A DNA stretch of 59,212 bases from a virus (Duplodnaviria > Caudoviricetes). This document shows positions 37,359 to 48,090 of the stretch, piece by piece. Position numbers and translations under genes: made by a program. Location: IMG/VR virus record IMGVR_UViG_3300036791_001093, positions 1 to 59,212 of that record. One strand, given 5' to 3'. The notes under the pieces were generated by a model. It saw only the letters and a list, made by a program, of their open reading frames with translations, was not told the origin of the DNA and searched no databases. Numbering within the stretch: the first letter of the stretch is position 1; each line of letters begins with the position of its first letter.

Positions 37359-38439
37359 TAGTCACATCCAAATAATCTCCTATCGCTGCCGACTGCATCG
37401 GCGAACCGCCGTTCTGCAGCGCAGCGATATATTGGTTCACACCATCTTGCCGGCGGTACATCACCGCGGCACTCACCGAATCCGGAAAGATGTACTTGGG
37501 CTCGGTTATGTTGAGCGTGCGGCCGCTGTCGAACGCAATGCAGACGCCCTTGGTCGTCATGAACATGATCGACACCTCAACCTGCGTCGTTGCCGTGATC
37601 GGCACCTGCGGCGGATTAGCGAGCTCACCGGGGATATCTACCATGGAGCCAGGAACCACCCCCGAGTCCATGACCCGCTGTCGCTTCATCTCGGCGAACG
37701 TCGGCCCAGTCAGAAACCAGACACCCTCCCTTGTCCCGACATAGACGCCATCAGTCACTGTCCCGATCATGGTGATGTCGGCTTCAAACAGCTTGTACCC
37801 AGCCGTCGCGTCAACGTAATTGTAGAGAAACAGCTCAGTCGCCCATAACGTCGGACCCTGACCGAGATACAGCCGGCCATTAAAATAGCTCATGCAGGTC
37901 GCATTCGGCGGCTGTTTCAAAAGTCTTCCGGCGATCGGTGGCAGCGTCACCGTTGGGTTGACCACTGGCGAGAGCCAGAGATCAGTCGGATCACCCCATG
38001 GGCTCCAGCTGCGCTCGGGAATGTTCACCACACCACGGTCGACCGTGCCCACATAATAAACCTGATCACCCACCTGCGAGTAAGCCAGCGGCGGCGTACC
38101 GCTTGCCGGGTCCGTACCAATAAAAGTCAGCGGCTGATGAGAGTAATCAGGATTGATGATACTGAGCTCTGAGTTAACAACACCCAGAACAACTCCCTGG
38201 TACGACGTGAACAGCGAATGCACATTACCTGGAAGCTTCAACGTGTAGCCGCGCCGCCGTGACGGCTGCCCGCTGTCATCCAGGACAACATTCCGCGCAC
38301 GCACCAAATCTTTATCGCCTAATCGCTCGGGCTGAAGGGTATTTTTCAAGCCGTCCCAACTAGTCAGAATCTTGCCGGTCTCGGCTATAGCCGGCAGCTG
38401 AGCGCTGGCTTGCGGATTATTGCTGCCCAATGTTGCCAT
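37327..38439 (-). CDS. tail tubular/nozzle-like virion protein
   Basis: L..A.NV..D.SG..RRRGY N-terminal motif; beta-rich. Confidence 0.7.
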   Translation of the reverse strand: MATLGSNNPQASAQLPAIAETGKILTSWDGLKNTLQPERLGDKDLVRARNVVLDDSGQPSRRRGYTLKLPGNVHSLFTSYQGVVLGVVNSELSIINPDYSHQPLTFIGTDPASGTPPLAYSQVGDQVYYVGTVDRGVVNIPERSWSPWGDPTDLWLSPVVNPTVTLPPIAGRLLKQPPNATCMSYFNGRLYLGQGPTLWATELFLYNYVDATAGYKLFEADITMIGTVTDGVYVGTREGVWFLTGPTFAEMKRQRVMDSGVVPGSMVDIPGELANPPQVPITATTQVEVSIMFMTTKGVCIAFDSGRTLNITEPKYIFPDSVSAAVMYRRQDGVNQYIAALQNGGSPMQSAAIGDYLDVTIIRGSGFPRN

Positions 38440-41400
38440 AGCGCAACGCTCCCCGAGCGCCGATATCCCGCGGCGTCACTCCGATCGGCACACCCATGCC
38501 TTGCGCCTGCGCAGACTGGCGTATGTGATTTTCAAGTTCCCGCTGAAACCCAACCTGCGGGGGCACCATGCCAGGATGTTCTCTCTGCCAATTTTGCGCT
38601 TCACCCATCCAGGTGTTGAGCATCCCTCGATTGCCGCTCATATACGCCTGTTCTAGGTGCCGAACGATATTCGACGAATTGAGCTCGCGCATGGTTCGCA
38701 GCCCGGCTGCGTCCCGGCTGACCTCCTGGTACTCAGCCTGCTTCCCTGGGTCGATCCCAAGCGCCGTCATCGCGACATCGAACGCGCTTGGTCCAGAGAT
38801 CGGCAACTTCTGCCCCGTCAGGTTATTGACAAATCCCCGCTGGCTAAGCCGGTAAGCCTCCGCTGGTGCTTTCAAGATTTCCGGCGACATCTTGATCAGC
38901 CCGTTAAGATAATCCCCATTCGATACATCACGCACCGCAGCAGCAAAATTGAACAAATCGCCAGCCCCGGCGCCACCCATGGATTTGAGCCAGTCACGAT
39001 AAGCGTCCTCAAGCTTACGTTTCTCGAATGCGAAATTTATGGTCGACGATCCAGGTACGATCGTCGCCTCACCGAAATGCGCAAAATCCATTCCAGCCGC
39101 GCGCGGCAATCCACGAGCAATAACCTCGCCCATGTCCTTGCCAAAGGTGCCTGCCAGGAAATTCCGGTATGACGCCGTCAGATCATGGTCGTCCCGGTTA
39201 GTAACCCAGTCCATCAGCTTGTCGTAGACTGAAGCCCCCACCGATAGCAGCGGCAATCCAAGCGTGCCTGCCAACATTGCGGTCGCCGCACCATGACCAA
39301 GCAGCCACGAGGTTGCTTCGGGGCGCGTCTTTGCATCGAACAGATCACGGACCTCATTGTAGATTTTACCAGTCATCCGGATTTGCCAACCCATGAACTG
39401 GTTAACGAAAGGTGCCGCAGCGCCGAGCGTACCTCCACGCGAGGTCTGCCGCGCATTGAGGCTAGCATCCCAGTTTCCTTGGCTGTCGTTAATCGCCCGG
39501 TCGATGAACTGCTCACGTGACATTAACTGACCAGAGCGCGGTTCGATATACGGTTTGGCGTTGTAGAGATCGTGTGCAGCAAGGCCGGTAATAAGTCGCG
39601 GCATAAGCTCGGCATAGAGCCCCATGGCGTTCGCTGCCTTGAGCACTGTGCCGGTTGGCCCGCGCGCCAACGGCGAATGCTGGGTCATCTGCGTCGAGTA
39701 CATGGCCGTCCCCATGACTCCGCGCGACACCATCCCCATGACCTTATCGACCAGGTCAGGTCGAAGTCCGGCCTTCTCCAAAGCGTCACGCGTGATCCCA
39801 GCCGTGTTCCAATCCGGACCCTGAGCGATCGCCTTGATGACAGCTAGAGTATCGGGCAGTGCCCTGAACATGGCCTGCGATGCCTGACCATAACCGTGTG
39901 TCTTGCCAAGCTCCGGCAAGCTGGTCGTCATCAACTGCGACATCAGAGTCAGGAAATATGCCGGCGACGAACCAACATGGATGGTGTGCGAAACATGTCG
40001 CAACGCATCAAGTACTGTTGGCGGCACGTAGGTCGTTCTAAGCCGATCTCGCAACATCAGCTCCCCTACAGCCTGCGATGCTGCCAGCTTCGTATTCACA
40101 TCAACTGCGGGATCGTGATTGGCCGTCCTGACTTCATCCGCCATATTCCCGATTAACGCACCAGTCTCCGGCGCTGTCGTCATGCGTGCCAAACTGCGGC
40201 TCATGACCTGGGAGGCATATTGCGAACTTTCCGACATATCTTTGCTGAAACCCTGGACATTGGCTCGCCGCGCCAGTACGCGGCCGATCGAGTTTTCAGC
40301 CATCATGTTCAGCAACGTACGCTGCATGTCTGCAACCTGCTCGCCGAACGCCGCATCAACCCTAGCAGCATCTTTATCACTAAGCCCTTCAGGAGCATCC
40401 GGACGCTGTATCGCCTCAACAGCTTTTCGCATAGCCTCCGGCGCAATCGACCTGAACACCGTGGTTGCTTCGCCGGCCCCAGTACTTCCAGCTTCTGACG
40501 ACAAAAGCCCCTGCTTCTGCGCTTTTAGTACCGACTGGTACAATGCGTTCATTTCGGAAGGATTCTTCACACGTGCGTAAAGCGTATCATGCTGACCGCC
40601 TTGCATAACGGCTACATTATTGTGACCCTCACTATCTAAAAACTCAGCAAACTTAGCGAGCTTCTCCGGGTCCACGTTCCCTTCAAAATCAGTAGCCAGC
40701 TTGGCGGTGACAAAAAAATTACCGTCTCGTCCGAGATGAAAGTACGGCGCCTTCGCTGCAGCATCACGCCGTGTTGCCACTTCTTTAAGAACTGCGTTGA
40801 TACTACCAATATCAGTCTTCAACGCATTACTTCGCCTTACCAGCTCCTTCATGGTATCATCTGACATCCCGCCAGCCTTGATCGCAGCATTTGCCGTTGT
40901 CTGCTCGCCGGCCAACTGATCACGATATTTGGTCAAGCCATCGACTTTATCAGCCACCGCCTGCTTGAAGAACTTTTCAGTCTCGCGCGGATTAGTATGT
41001 ATGTCAGTACGTCGATCAAACGTGTCGAACACATTCGATGCATTTAATCCCGGGATCGTGCGCTCCAGCGTCTGTAATCTATCTGTCAGGACAGCATGGT
41101 AATCCGCCGACGATTTCGCCCGCAGTGCCTCGTAAGCAACCTTACCGGCGTTACTAAGCTGGTTCCAATTAGCAACGAGTTCTTGATACAGCTGCACCCG
41201 ACCAGGAGTATCCTGGATATCGAGAGGCGCAGGCTTCTGCGGGTCCAACCCATAGAAAGTCGCATCCAACATGACCGCGTGCAGCCGCTCTTGTTCCTCT
41301 GTCGGGAGAGCCCGCACCATATTATAACCAACTTGACTGGCCTTCAATAATGCACCTTCTCGAGCCTCCACTTTCGATAATGTATCAACATACGGCCGCA

Positions 41401-44400
41401 TTGATGGAATGACATCACCATAGAGCCGAGCAAGGCGATAACCGTCCATCCAGCCAAACGCACCATTACGAATGACATTCCGCATATTAAGACCAATGCC
41501 GGTCTTAAGCCGTTGAAACGTCGTCTCACGTATCTGATCGCCACCTGCCGCCGTGGCACCAGTCCCGTCATCCGCCCGGCGCGCGTAGCTGTCAGGTCCT
41601 ACCCAAGCATCGTTCGGATACTGCTGCTGCTCCTTCATCAAGTCATCGCCATGCGACATGATACGATCGAACGCATTATAAAGACGTGGAGAAAGCCCAA
41701 TGATACCGCGCGCCGCGTCAATAAACCGGTCCCAGAGGCTGGTGCCTTGCACAAATTGCGACTTCAAGAAATCGCGGTAAACCGAATTAGCAAACGCCTC
41801 CGCCACCATTTCATGCGCGTCGGTTATGCCGGCATGATCGCCCTTACCTTTAAGCTGGTCGTAAATACCGCGAACGGCCTGCGCCGCGGAACTATCGCCC
41901 TCAAGCGCCCGGGATAGTACCGCATGTACCATCTCGTGGACAGAAGTCGTTGTCGCATCCGCTGCATTGTAGAGTGCCGAAGTCTGCTGCTTAGGAAAGT
42001 ACTCACCTTCCTTGTCGGTAACACCATCTCTGAAAACCGACTTCGCATTCTCTGGCAAGAACGGCTTAAGCTGTGCCACGATCGCTGCTTGTTCTGGATC
42101 GACGCTATGCTCGATGATGTGATCGGCAATATCAGTCAACTTGACACCACGCTGATGCATATCCGTCACATCGGCGTCGAGCTGCGACACCGGCAAGCCG
42201 TCACGCGAAGTAATGACCCGGGCCCGTGAGTCTTCAGGTACACCCAGAGCCTCCACCTCCTGAAGTACTGCCCCCTGCCGCGTCAGATATTGACCGACCT
42301 CTTTTGGCGGCTTCCGCAAACCTCCCAAGTTATCCGCCTCAAGATCAGCCTCAGGGTTTGCTGCCAGGGCCTTGCGATAATCCTCCGGCCCATCTGCATC
42401 ACTGACAGCTTTCAGCCAGGCTTCGTGCTGCGCGATCATTGGATCATCCGGACCCAGTACTTTTTTCAATCCCTCCAACGCCCTTCGCGCCTTGGCCACA
42501 CGTTCATCGAGATCGCCTTCCGGCGCCGGCACAGCAGCCGCGCGCGGTGATGGCGTTAGGTCAGGAGATGCCGCCTCACCTTTCGGGTACGCCGCCCATT
42601 CGACTTTCGAACGTAAGTCCGTCAAATTCTTATTGACTGCATCAACGAGACCAGGATTATTTTGAGCTAGCGATGATTTCTTTATTACTTGTTCCGTCTC
42701 CGCCGAAAGCTGGCGCTTGATCGGAGAATCCGGAAGCGTACTTAGCTGCTTCACAATATCGTTGAGCACCGGTATGTGATCATCTACGGTTTTGATCGGA
42801 GCATCGGGTGCGATCTTATTTTGAAATCTCGCATTACGTAGGTCGAACTGCTGAATTTGTTTCAACAGATCGCCTTTGGTTTTACCTATTAGTGGCTCGC
42901 CGGTGTAATCCGTAACATGCGTCTTTAATTCTGCAAGCGTCATATCTGCAGGAGCTTTAACAGCAGGTTCGGTAACTCGCCGCCTGAGAAACTCTGGAAT
43001 GCCACCTGTCTCGGTTACGTCGATGGCCGTCGTAGGTGCAACTGCTGGTTCCGCAGCAGGAGGCTCGACAGCAGGAGGCGCACTTGCACGATCCTTAAAC
43101 TCATTTCTAATTGCCTTAATTGCTGCAGACTTGGATTTGAAATCCGTATCATCACCAGTATACTGACGCGCAATCTCAGCCACCTCGGGCGTCTTGACAT
43201 CGGTATCGCGCATCAATCTAGTTAGCGCATTATTAAATGCGCCTTCATCGGTACCAGCATTATTCAAAATGCGCGTATGCTCAGTAATAGCATTCTCGCC
43301 TTCAGTAGCAACCGGAGCCACTGCCGCTACCGGTGCAGTTGGAGCTACTCTACGAGCTAATTCTTCAGGTGTTTTAAAGTGGACATTAACATACGACTGA
43401 GGATCATTCGGCAACCTAATCGCGTTCTCCAACGTGCCCGGAGGAAGCGTCGCTTCCTCGGCAGTCGTTGGATGGATCGTCACCCGACCAGCTTTGGCTT
43501 CAGCCATCAAATAATCATGCATATCCTCCCTGGATGCACCGGTTGCATCCATAAGGTCCTTTATAGAAACAATATCTGTAGCTTTTGGAATTTGGTCATA
43601 AGCCGCCTTTACGACTTCCGGGGTTAGTGGGACTGCAGGTTCTGGCGGTTCTATGACGGGTACAGCGGGGACCCCACCTGCTGGAAGCTCACCAGGAGCA
43701 CCACCCACAGTAAGAGGCTCACCAGGACCCAGAACAGGAGCCGGTGCAGGTTCACGAGGTACTCCCGGTGCAGAAAGTTCAGCAGCGGGAACCGCAACAG
43801 GCTGCGCCTCTGCCGCTCGCCGCTGGAATTCTTCCCCCAACAACTCGGAAGCTCGCCGCGCTATAGGGTCTTGCGGATTAAGCTCCAAATGCGCTTGCAC
43901 ATTATTCAGGCGCATCCACAACTCGGCAGGCGGCATTTCCTGCAGCGGCGGACCTTCCCGGGTCGGAGGTGGCGGCAACAGTCTTTGCGGTGGCGGAACC
44001 GCGGCCTGCGTAGCTGCCGCCTCGGCCGCACGCCGTTGCTGCTCTTGCAAAAGCTGTCGGAGCTCTTCAACACCCGCCTGCGTCTGCGGCGGTTGTCGTT
44101 GCAAGGTATCTATGCGCCCAGCCAGCTCACCATCCGGCACACCCTGCAGCGGCGCTCCCATGGCGGGCTGATACGTCAGCTGCTTTGGCGCAAGCGCGGG
44201 GTCGATCGCCTTGGGAAGGTCCTCAGTCGGAATATCTGACGCCCGTTTACCGGCGAGCGCGCGCATGCCGCCAAACGCTCCACCCACAATCCCACCAAGC
44301 ACTCCACCGCTCAAAGCCTGCCGCGTAATGTCGGACGCCCGATCCGCAAAATCACGGTTTGGGTCGCCCATCATCTGGGTTAATGCTTCGGTGCCACCGG

Positions 44401-45109
44401 CAACAGCACCTTGCGCCGCAACAGAATGAGCAACTCCCGATAAAATCCCCTTTCCGAAATATCTCTCCAATCGCCCAGGCAACCATCCCTGCAAAACCGC
44501 TTCCGGCACTCCAAGCGCCAAAGCCTTGCCAGGAGACGTCAGCTCGCCCGTCTCGCTGATCTGCCGCTGAACGTTCTCACCGGCGGCAAAAGGAAACATC
44601 GTCGTCGCGGCACCCGCCGTAGCACGAAACACCGCAGTCCTGGCCGCAGCCGCAAGAGCCGCAGTCCTGGCCGCACCCACAAGAGCCGTAGCCCCTACCC
44701 CAACCGCGGCTTCTGGCGCCGTCGCCGCCGCAAGTGCTCCCACACTGAGAGCCGCAGCGGTCGTCGGCACCATCTGCGTAAGGCGATACGCAAGTCCAGA
44801 AGGCGAATACCAAGGCTCGGCCTCCAGATCGGCGCGAGCATATGATTGAGCGCGCGCATGCGCCTCGTCGGCAAAGTCAGAAAGCGACTGCGCGGTATCC
44901 GTGGCGCCCGCCAGCTGAGCACCGGCCTGAAGCGCCCGCGCACCTTGAGCTACGCCCTCATGCCAGGCTGATCCCAAAGCCGCAGTAAACAAATTACCCT
45001 CACCAGTCGCCGGAACATCCTGCGGCACCGGTGGTCTACTGGGCGGCGGCAAGAATGTTTGAAACGGCGTAAAATCCGCCAGCGGGAATTCAGCAGATGG
45101 ATCAGGCAT
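38417..45109 (-). CDS. giant internal virion / polyvalent protein (2230 aa) with zincin-like HEXXH domain
   Basis: Ala/Gly-rich N-terminus, Pro linkers, HEMVH..E.VAEAF, PYFHLGR.G.F (PLxRFG-like). Confidence 0.8.
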   Translation of the reverse strand: MPDPSAEFPLADFTPFQTFLPPPSRPPVPQDVPATGEGNLFTAALGSAWHEGVAQGARALQAGAQLAGATDTAQSLSDFADEAHARAQSYARADLEAEPWYSPSGLAYRLTQMVPTTAAALSVGALAAATAPEAAVGVGATALVGAARTAALAAAARTAVFRATAGAATTMFPFAAGENVQRQISETGELTSPGKALALGVPEAVLQGWLPGRLERYFGKGILSGVAHSVAAQGAVAGGTEALTQMMGDPNRDFADRASDITRQALSGGVLGGIVGGAFGGMRALAGKRASDIPTEDLPKAIDPALAPKQLTYQPAMGAPLQGVPDGELAGRIDTLQRQPPQTQAGVEELRQLLQEQQRRAAEAAATQAAVPPPQRLLPPPPTREGPPLQEMPPAELWMRLNNVQAHLELNPQDPIARRASELLGEEFQRRAAEAQPVAVPAAELSAPGVPREPAPAPVLGPGEPLTVGGAPGELPAGGVPAVPVIEPPEPAVPLTPEVVKAAYDQIPKATDIVSIKDLMDATGASREDMHDYLMAEAKAGRVTIHPTTAEEATLPPGTLENAIRLPNDPQSYVNVHFKTPEELARRVAPTAPVAAVAPVATEGENAITEHTRILNNAGTDEGAFNNALTRLMRDTDVKTPEVAEIARQYTGDDTDFKSKSAAIKAIRNEFKDRASAPPAVEPPAAEPAVAPTTAIDVTETGGIPEFLRRRVTEPAVKAPADMTLAELKTHVTDYTGEPLIGKTKGDLLKQIQQFDLRNARFQNKIAPDAPIKTVDDHIPVLNDIVKQLSTLPDSPIKRQLSAETEQVIKKSSLAQNNPGLVDAVNKNLTDLRSKVEWAAYPKGEAASPDLTPSPRAAAVPAPEGDLDERVAKARRALEGLKKVLGPDDPMIAQHEAWLKAVSDADGPEDYRKALAANPEADLEADNLGGLRKPPKEVGQYLTRQGAVLQEVEALGVPEDSRARVITSRDGLPVSQLDADVTDMHQRGVKLTDIADHIIEHSVDPEQAAIVAQLKPFLPENAKSVFRDGVTDKEGEYFPKQQTSALYNAADATTTSVHEMVHAVLSRALEGDSSAAQAVRGIYDQLKGKGDHAGITDAHEMVAEAFANSVYRDFLKSQFVQGTSLWDRFIDAARGIIGLSPRLYNAFDRIMSHGDDLMKEQQQYPNDAWVGPDSYARRADDGTGATAAGGDQIRETTFQRLKTGIGLNMRNVIRNGAFGWMDGYRLARLYGDVIPSMRPYVDTLSKVEAREGALLKASQVGYNMVRALPTEEQERLHAVMLDATFYGLDPQKPAPLDIQDTPGRVQLYQELVANWNQLSNAGKVAYEALRAKSSADYHAVLTDRLQTLERTIPGLNASNVFDTFDRRTDIHTNPRETEKFFKQAVADKVDGLTKYRDQLAGEQTTANAAIKAGGMSDDTMKELVRRSNALKTDIGSINAVLKEVATRRDAAAKAPYFHLGRDGNFFVTAKLATDFEGNVDPEKLAKFAEFLDSEGHNNVAVMQGGQHDTLYARVKNPSEMNALYQSVLKAQKQGLLSSEAGSTGAGEATTVFRSIAPEAMRKAVEAIQRPDAPEGLSDKDAARVDAAFGEQVADMQRTLLNMMAENSIGRVLARRANVQGFSKDMSESSQYASQVMSRSLARMTTAPETGALIGNMADEVRTANHDPAVDVNTKLAASQAVGELMLRDRLRTTYVPPTVLDALRHVSHTIHVGSSPAYFLTLMSQLMTTSLPELGKTHGYGQASQAMFRALPDTLAVIKAIAQGPDWNTAGITRDALEKAGLRPDLVDKVMGMVSRGVMGTAMYSTQMTQHSPLARGPTGTVLKAANAMGLYAELMPRLITGLAAHDLYNAKPYIEPRSGQLMSREQFIDRAINDSQGNWDASLNARQTSRGGTLGAAAPFVNQFMGWQIRMTGKIYNEVRDLFDAKTRPEATSWLLGHGAATAMLAGTLGLPLLSVGASVYDKLMDWVTNRDDHDLTASYRNFLAGTFGKDMGEVIARGLPRAAGMDFAHFGEATIVPGSSTINFAFEKRKLEDAYRDWLKSMGGAGAGDLFNFAAAVRDVSNGDYLNGLIKMSPEILKAPAEAYRLSQRGFVNNLTGQKLPISGPSAFDVAMTALGIDPGKQAEYQEVSRDAAGLRTMRELNSSNIVRHLEQAYMSGNRGMLNTWMGEAQNWQREHPGMVPPQVGFQRELENHIRQSAQAQGMGVPIGVTPRDIGARGALRYGNIGQQ

Positions 45110-45118
45110 CGCTCTCGC

Positions 45119-46180
45119 CTATTCTTCTGGCTGAGACGGGATTGGGTATGGTTTCCCGGTTGCTCCAACATATGCAGCCTGTGGACCCATAAGAGCATTC
45201 CACTTTTGCTGTGTCTCTTTTGTCTTCGCAGCAATTGCTGCCTTATTTTGCGCCTTCTGACCTTGGTCAGTCCGCTTTTTATCCTCATCAATTAACGCCT
45301 GAAGCTCACTGGTCGATTTATTATAATCACCCTGCAACCTGCCAAAATAATCTTTAGCCAACTGTTCCTGCGGGGTCGGAATATGTGCAAGCGCTGGACC
45401 AAAAATCATCTGTGCGGCTTTCATCGATATACCAGAGTTGGCACGAATGAATTCATCGCGTGTATACTGATGCGGCTCAAGAGCAGCATGCGCTTGCGCT
45501 GGTGAAGCACCGGTCGTAACTGCCAGTCTCGTAACTGCAGCAGGACTTTCTGCCATTTTAGGGCCAATCGTCCCCTGACCATCTGTATGCGAAATACCGT
45601 TTAATACATTTGCATGAGTTTGTGCTGCCGCCAACATGTAATTCCTAAAATTTGGGTCTTGAACTGTTTGCGAATACTTAATTGGATCAGTCTCAGCTGC
45701 AGCCAACGCATCGGGATGCGTCATCATATGCTGTTGCACCACCGGATCACTTAGCGCTTGCGATACTGCGTCACGCTGCGCAATAGCTGCAGTTGAGGCT
45801 TGATTGCCGGCAAAAAGATTTATAAACCTTTCAATATTCGATGGCGGCGCAGCAACCGTACTTACCCTAGAAAGTTTATCTTGATGCTCCGCAAATCTTG
45901 AATATGCATCGGATATTGCGCTACCAGCCTGGGCCAAGGCAACAGTGGCTGGCGACGATTGAGGATTTGCAATAGCTTCAGCGTACCGACCACCCATTAA
46001 CGCGCTATAACCAGGGCGGTCACTCTGCTGTACTACCGATGGCAGTGTCGCAAACGCTGGCGTCGGTGCACCAACGGGTCGAGGTTGTGGTAAAGGCACT
46101 GGTGCTGAAGTTAGCGGCACCGGCCCCGTATCATCCGTGCCATTAGCATAACCTGTTATGCCGCGTCTGAGCGCTACCAT
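45119..46180 (-). CDS. internal virion protein
   Basis: GAGG SD; Ala/Gln-rich; upstream of the giant virion gene. Confidence 0.65.
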   Translation of the reverse strand: MVALRRGITGYANGTDDTGPVPLTSAPVPLPQPRPVGAPTPAFATLPSVVQQSDRPGYSALMGGRYAEAIANPQSSPATVALAQAGSAISDAYSRFAEHQDKLSRVSTVAAPPSNIERFINLFAGNQASTAAIAQRDAVSQALSDPVVQQHMMTHPDALAAAETDPIKYSQTVQDPNFRNYMLAAAQTHANVLNGISHTDGQGTIGPKMAESPAAVTRLAVTTGASPAQAHAALEPHQYTRDEFIRANSGISMKAAQMIFGPALAHIPTPQEQLAKDYFGRLQGDYNKSTSELQALIDEDKKRTDQGQKAQNKAAIAAKTKETQQKWNALMGPQAAYVGATGKPYPIPSQPEE

Positions 46181-46182
46181 GG

Positions 46183-46962
46183 TCAGTACCTCTCGTACGA
46201 ATAGCCATTCCTGCCGAACGCCCATTGCAGAGGTTTGAACATCTTCGACTGAGCGTCCTTCTTCATGTCGTTGACCGCATCGTCGAACGCCGCCCGGAAC
46301 TCCTTGGCACGATCCCAGGCGCCACCGCCAGCAACATCGAGGTCGACCCCGCGCAGCGCCAGGTAAGCTGCCCAGTTCAGGAAATCCATGTGATGCTCTT
46401 CCGGAACCTCAGGAACACCATCCGGCACACTGAGGCTCAGCGGCACGAGCGGCAGCCGCGCTACCCGCATATTGACAACAATCCCTGAATAAGGCGCCAG
46501 CGGCACAGGATAAAGCCTCAATTGAGCCGCTGTGTAAGAACCAGTAACATCCTGAATCACACCTTCATCTGTTGTCCACGCCACCGGCTTACCCGGCGGC
46601 ATGCTCGAAAGCTGACTCGGATCAAAAAAGTAAGTATCTGGCTGGCGGTAAGTATCGAGGTCGCTATGCCCAGCGCGGGCCAGATCAGCCTGATCTCCAG
46701 CCATCCGTGCCGACAGCACGCTGATGATGTGAGGATCGAGCGTGTAGAATGCCTGATTGGCCACAGTCGTAAACTGGCACACCGTAGGTGTGCTCGCATC
46801 ACGGATGCACTTGGTTTGCCGGGCAAACCGGGTCTGCCCCTCGTTGATGTATCTGATCAGCCCGGTGTCCGACCACAGATAATCCGAGCTGCCCGCGACC
46901 TGATCGGAAACATCACGGAGCATATGATCGCGTAATTCGGCCAGGAGCTCGCCCGTCTGCAT
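46183..46962 (-). CDS. head-tail adaptor (tail tubular A-like)
   Basis: LWSD..L.RYINEGQ, LRLYPVP, PE.PEEHH; position after the capsid genes. Confidence 0.8.
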   Translation of the reverse strand: MQTGELLAELRDHMLRDVSDQVAGSSDYLWSDTGLIRYINEGQTRFARQTKCIRDASTPTVCQFTTVANQAFYTLDPHIISVLSARMAGDQADLARAGHSDLDTYRQPDTYFFDPSQLSSMPPGKPVAWTTDEGVIQDVTGSYTAAQLRLYPVPLAPYSGIVVNMRVARLPLVPLSLSVPDGVPEVPEEHHMDFLNWAAYLALRGVDLDVAGGGAWDRAKEFRAAFDDAVNDMKKDAQSKMFKPLQWAFGRNGYSYERY

Positions 46963-46965
46963 GGA

Positions 46966-47298
46966 TCACCCATCACCGACACGCCTATAAGGAAATCTCA
47001 GCCTGTTTCGAAACCCGGTGACCCGCTGCGTCTGCGGGTCGATGACCGGCACCGAGCTGACTGCGTCGTTCAAGACGCTCACCACCTCCTGCGGCACCTC
47101 CGCCTCGACACCGGCCATCAGCAAATACGGTCTGCCGTTGGCCGAGATGAAAAGCCCGGTCGGCGGGATCGCGGCGTCTTCTTCCAGGATAATTCTAACC
47201 CGCTTCTGGATCACTGGAGATGGCGGATCGGATAATTTAGAACGCGCATTGCGCGCCGAGCTTATTGGTTCGTTGTCTTCAGAAAGCGTTGGGCTCAT
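46966..47298 (-). CDS. conserved phage head-region protein
   Basis: SANGR.Y...GVE.EVP..V..VL.DA...RFPY. Confidence 0.75.
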   Translation of the reverse strand: MSPTLSEDNEPISSARNARSKLSDPPSPVIQKRVRIILEEDAAIPPTGLFISANGRPYLLMAGVEAEVPQEVVSVLNDAVSSVPVIDPQTQRVTGFRNRLRFPYRRVGDG

Positions 47299-47567
47299 TT
47301 TTCCTCGTCCTCTTCTTCCTCATCCTCCTCGTCACTCTCTTTGACCGCCGTGTCGAAACTGGTCTCGTAGTCGTCTTTCTTGTCCGGTATGATCTTGTCG
47401 AGATTCTTGGTGATGAATGCAATCACACCGGCCTCGTCGTCGAAAACGAACTGCCGCTCTGGAGTCTCATAGGGTCCATCAGATTTACGGTTCTTGGCAA
47501 TGATCGCCGGATCGTCCATGCAGACAACAAACCCGTTCTGCGCCCGCTCGATGCGTATGCTGTTCAT
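47295..47567 (-). CDS. hypothetical acidic protein
   Basis: GAGG SD; IRIERAQNGF motif. Confidence 0.75.
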   Translation of the reverse strand: MNSIRIERAQNGFVVCMDDPAIIAKNRKSDGPYETPERQFVFDDEAGVIAFITKNLDKIIPDKKDDYETSFDTAVKESDEEDEEEEDEEK

Positions 47568-47796
47568 TGCTCAAATCCTCGTTTACCCCGAATGTACCAG
47601 ACACCAGGCTACGAGGCACTCCCCTGAAGCCTCATACCGCTCGGACGCCCATACAGGGACATGACCGCCAAGATCGGTGACGGCGAGGATGTGACGGCCC
47701 CTACGTTCGAAATAAGCTGCGTTCGCCCGGAACCAGGATCAGTGACAATAACCGATCCTAGACCGGCCCGGCTTGCGCTGAGTGCCTGTGCTCCGC

Positions 47797-48090
47797 TCAT
47801 TTAATGACGTGCGGATAGAGCCGTACTGCCTTCGGCTTCATCCAGTCCGGCAAGGAAGACGGTAATCCGCGCTCGCACAGCCACGAATGCGAATAGCAAC
47901 GCAGCCTGACCGGAATCGATCCTGCCTGCGTGCGCGCATAGTGCAGCGAAATCAACGCTTCTTCGTTATTCTTAGGCTGCGGCAAATGCGGTGCGGCATG
48001 AAACCATAGATCGCATATCCCGACAACGTCGAGCTCGATCAGACAGCGCCGGAATGCATCAGCATCAACGGTCGGCTCACCCCTGAACAT
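47797..48090 (-). CDS. hypothetical protein
   Basis: About 97 aa; start uncertain. Confidence 0.55.
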   Translation of the reverse strand: MFRGEPTVDADAFRRCLIELDVVGICDLWFHAAPHLPQPKNNEEALISLHYARTQAGSIPVRLRCYSHSWLCERGLPSSLPDWMKPKAVRLYPHVIK

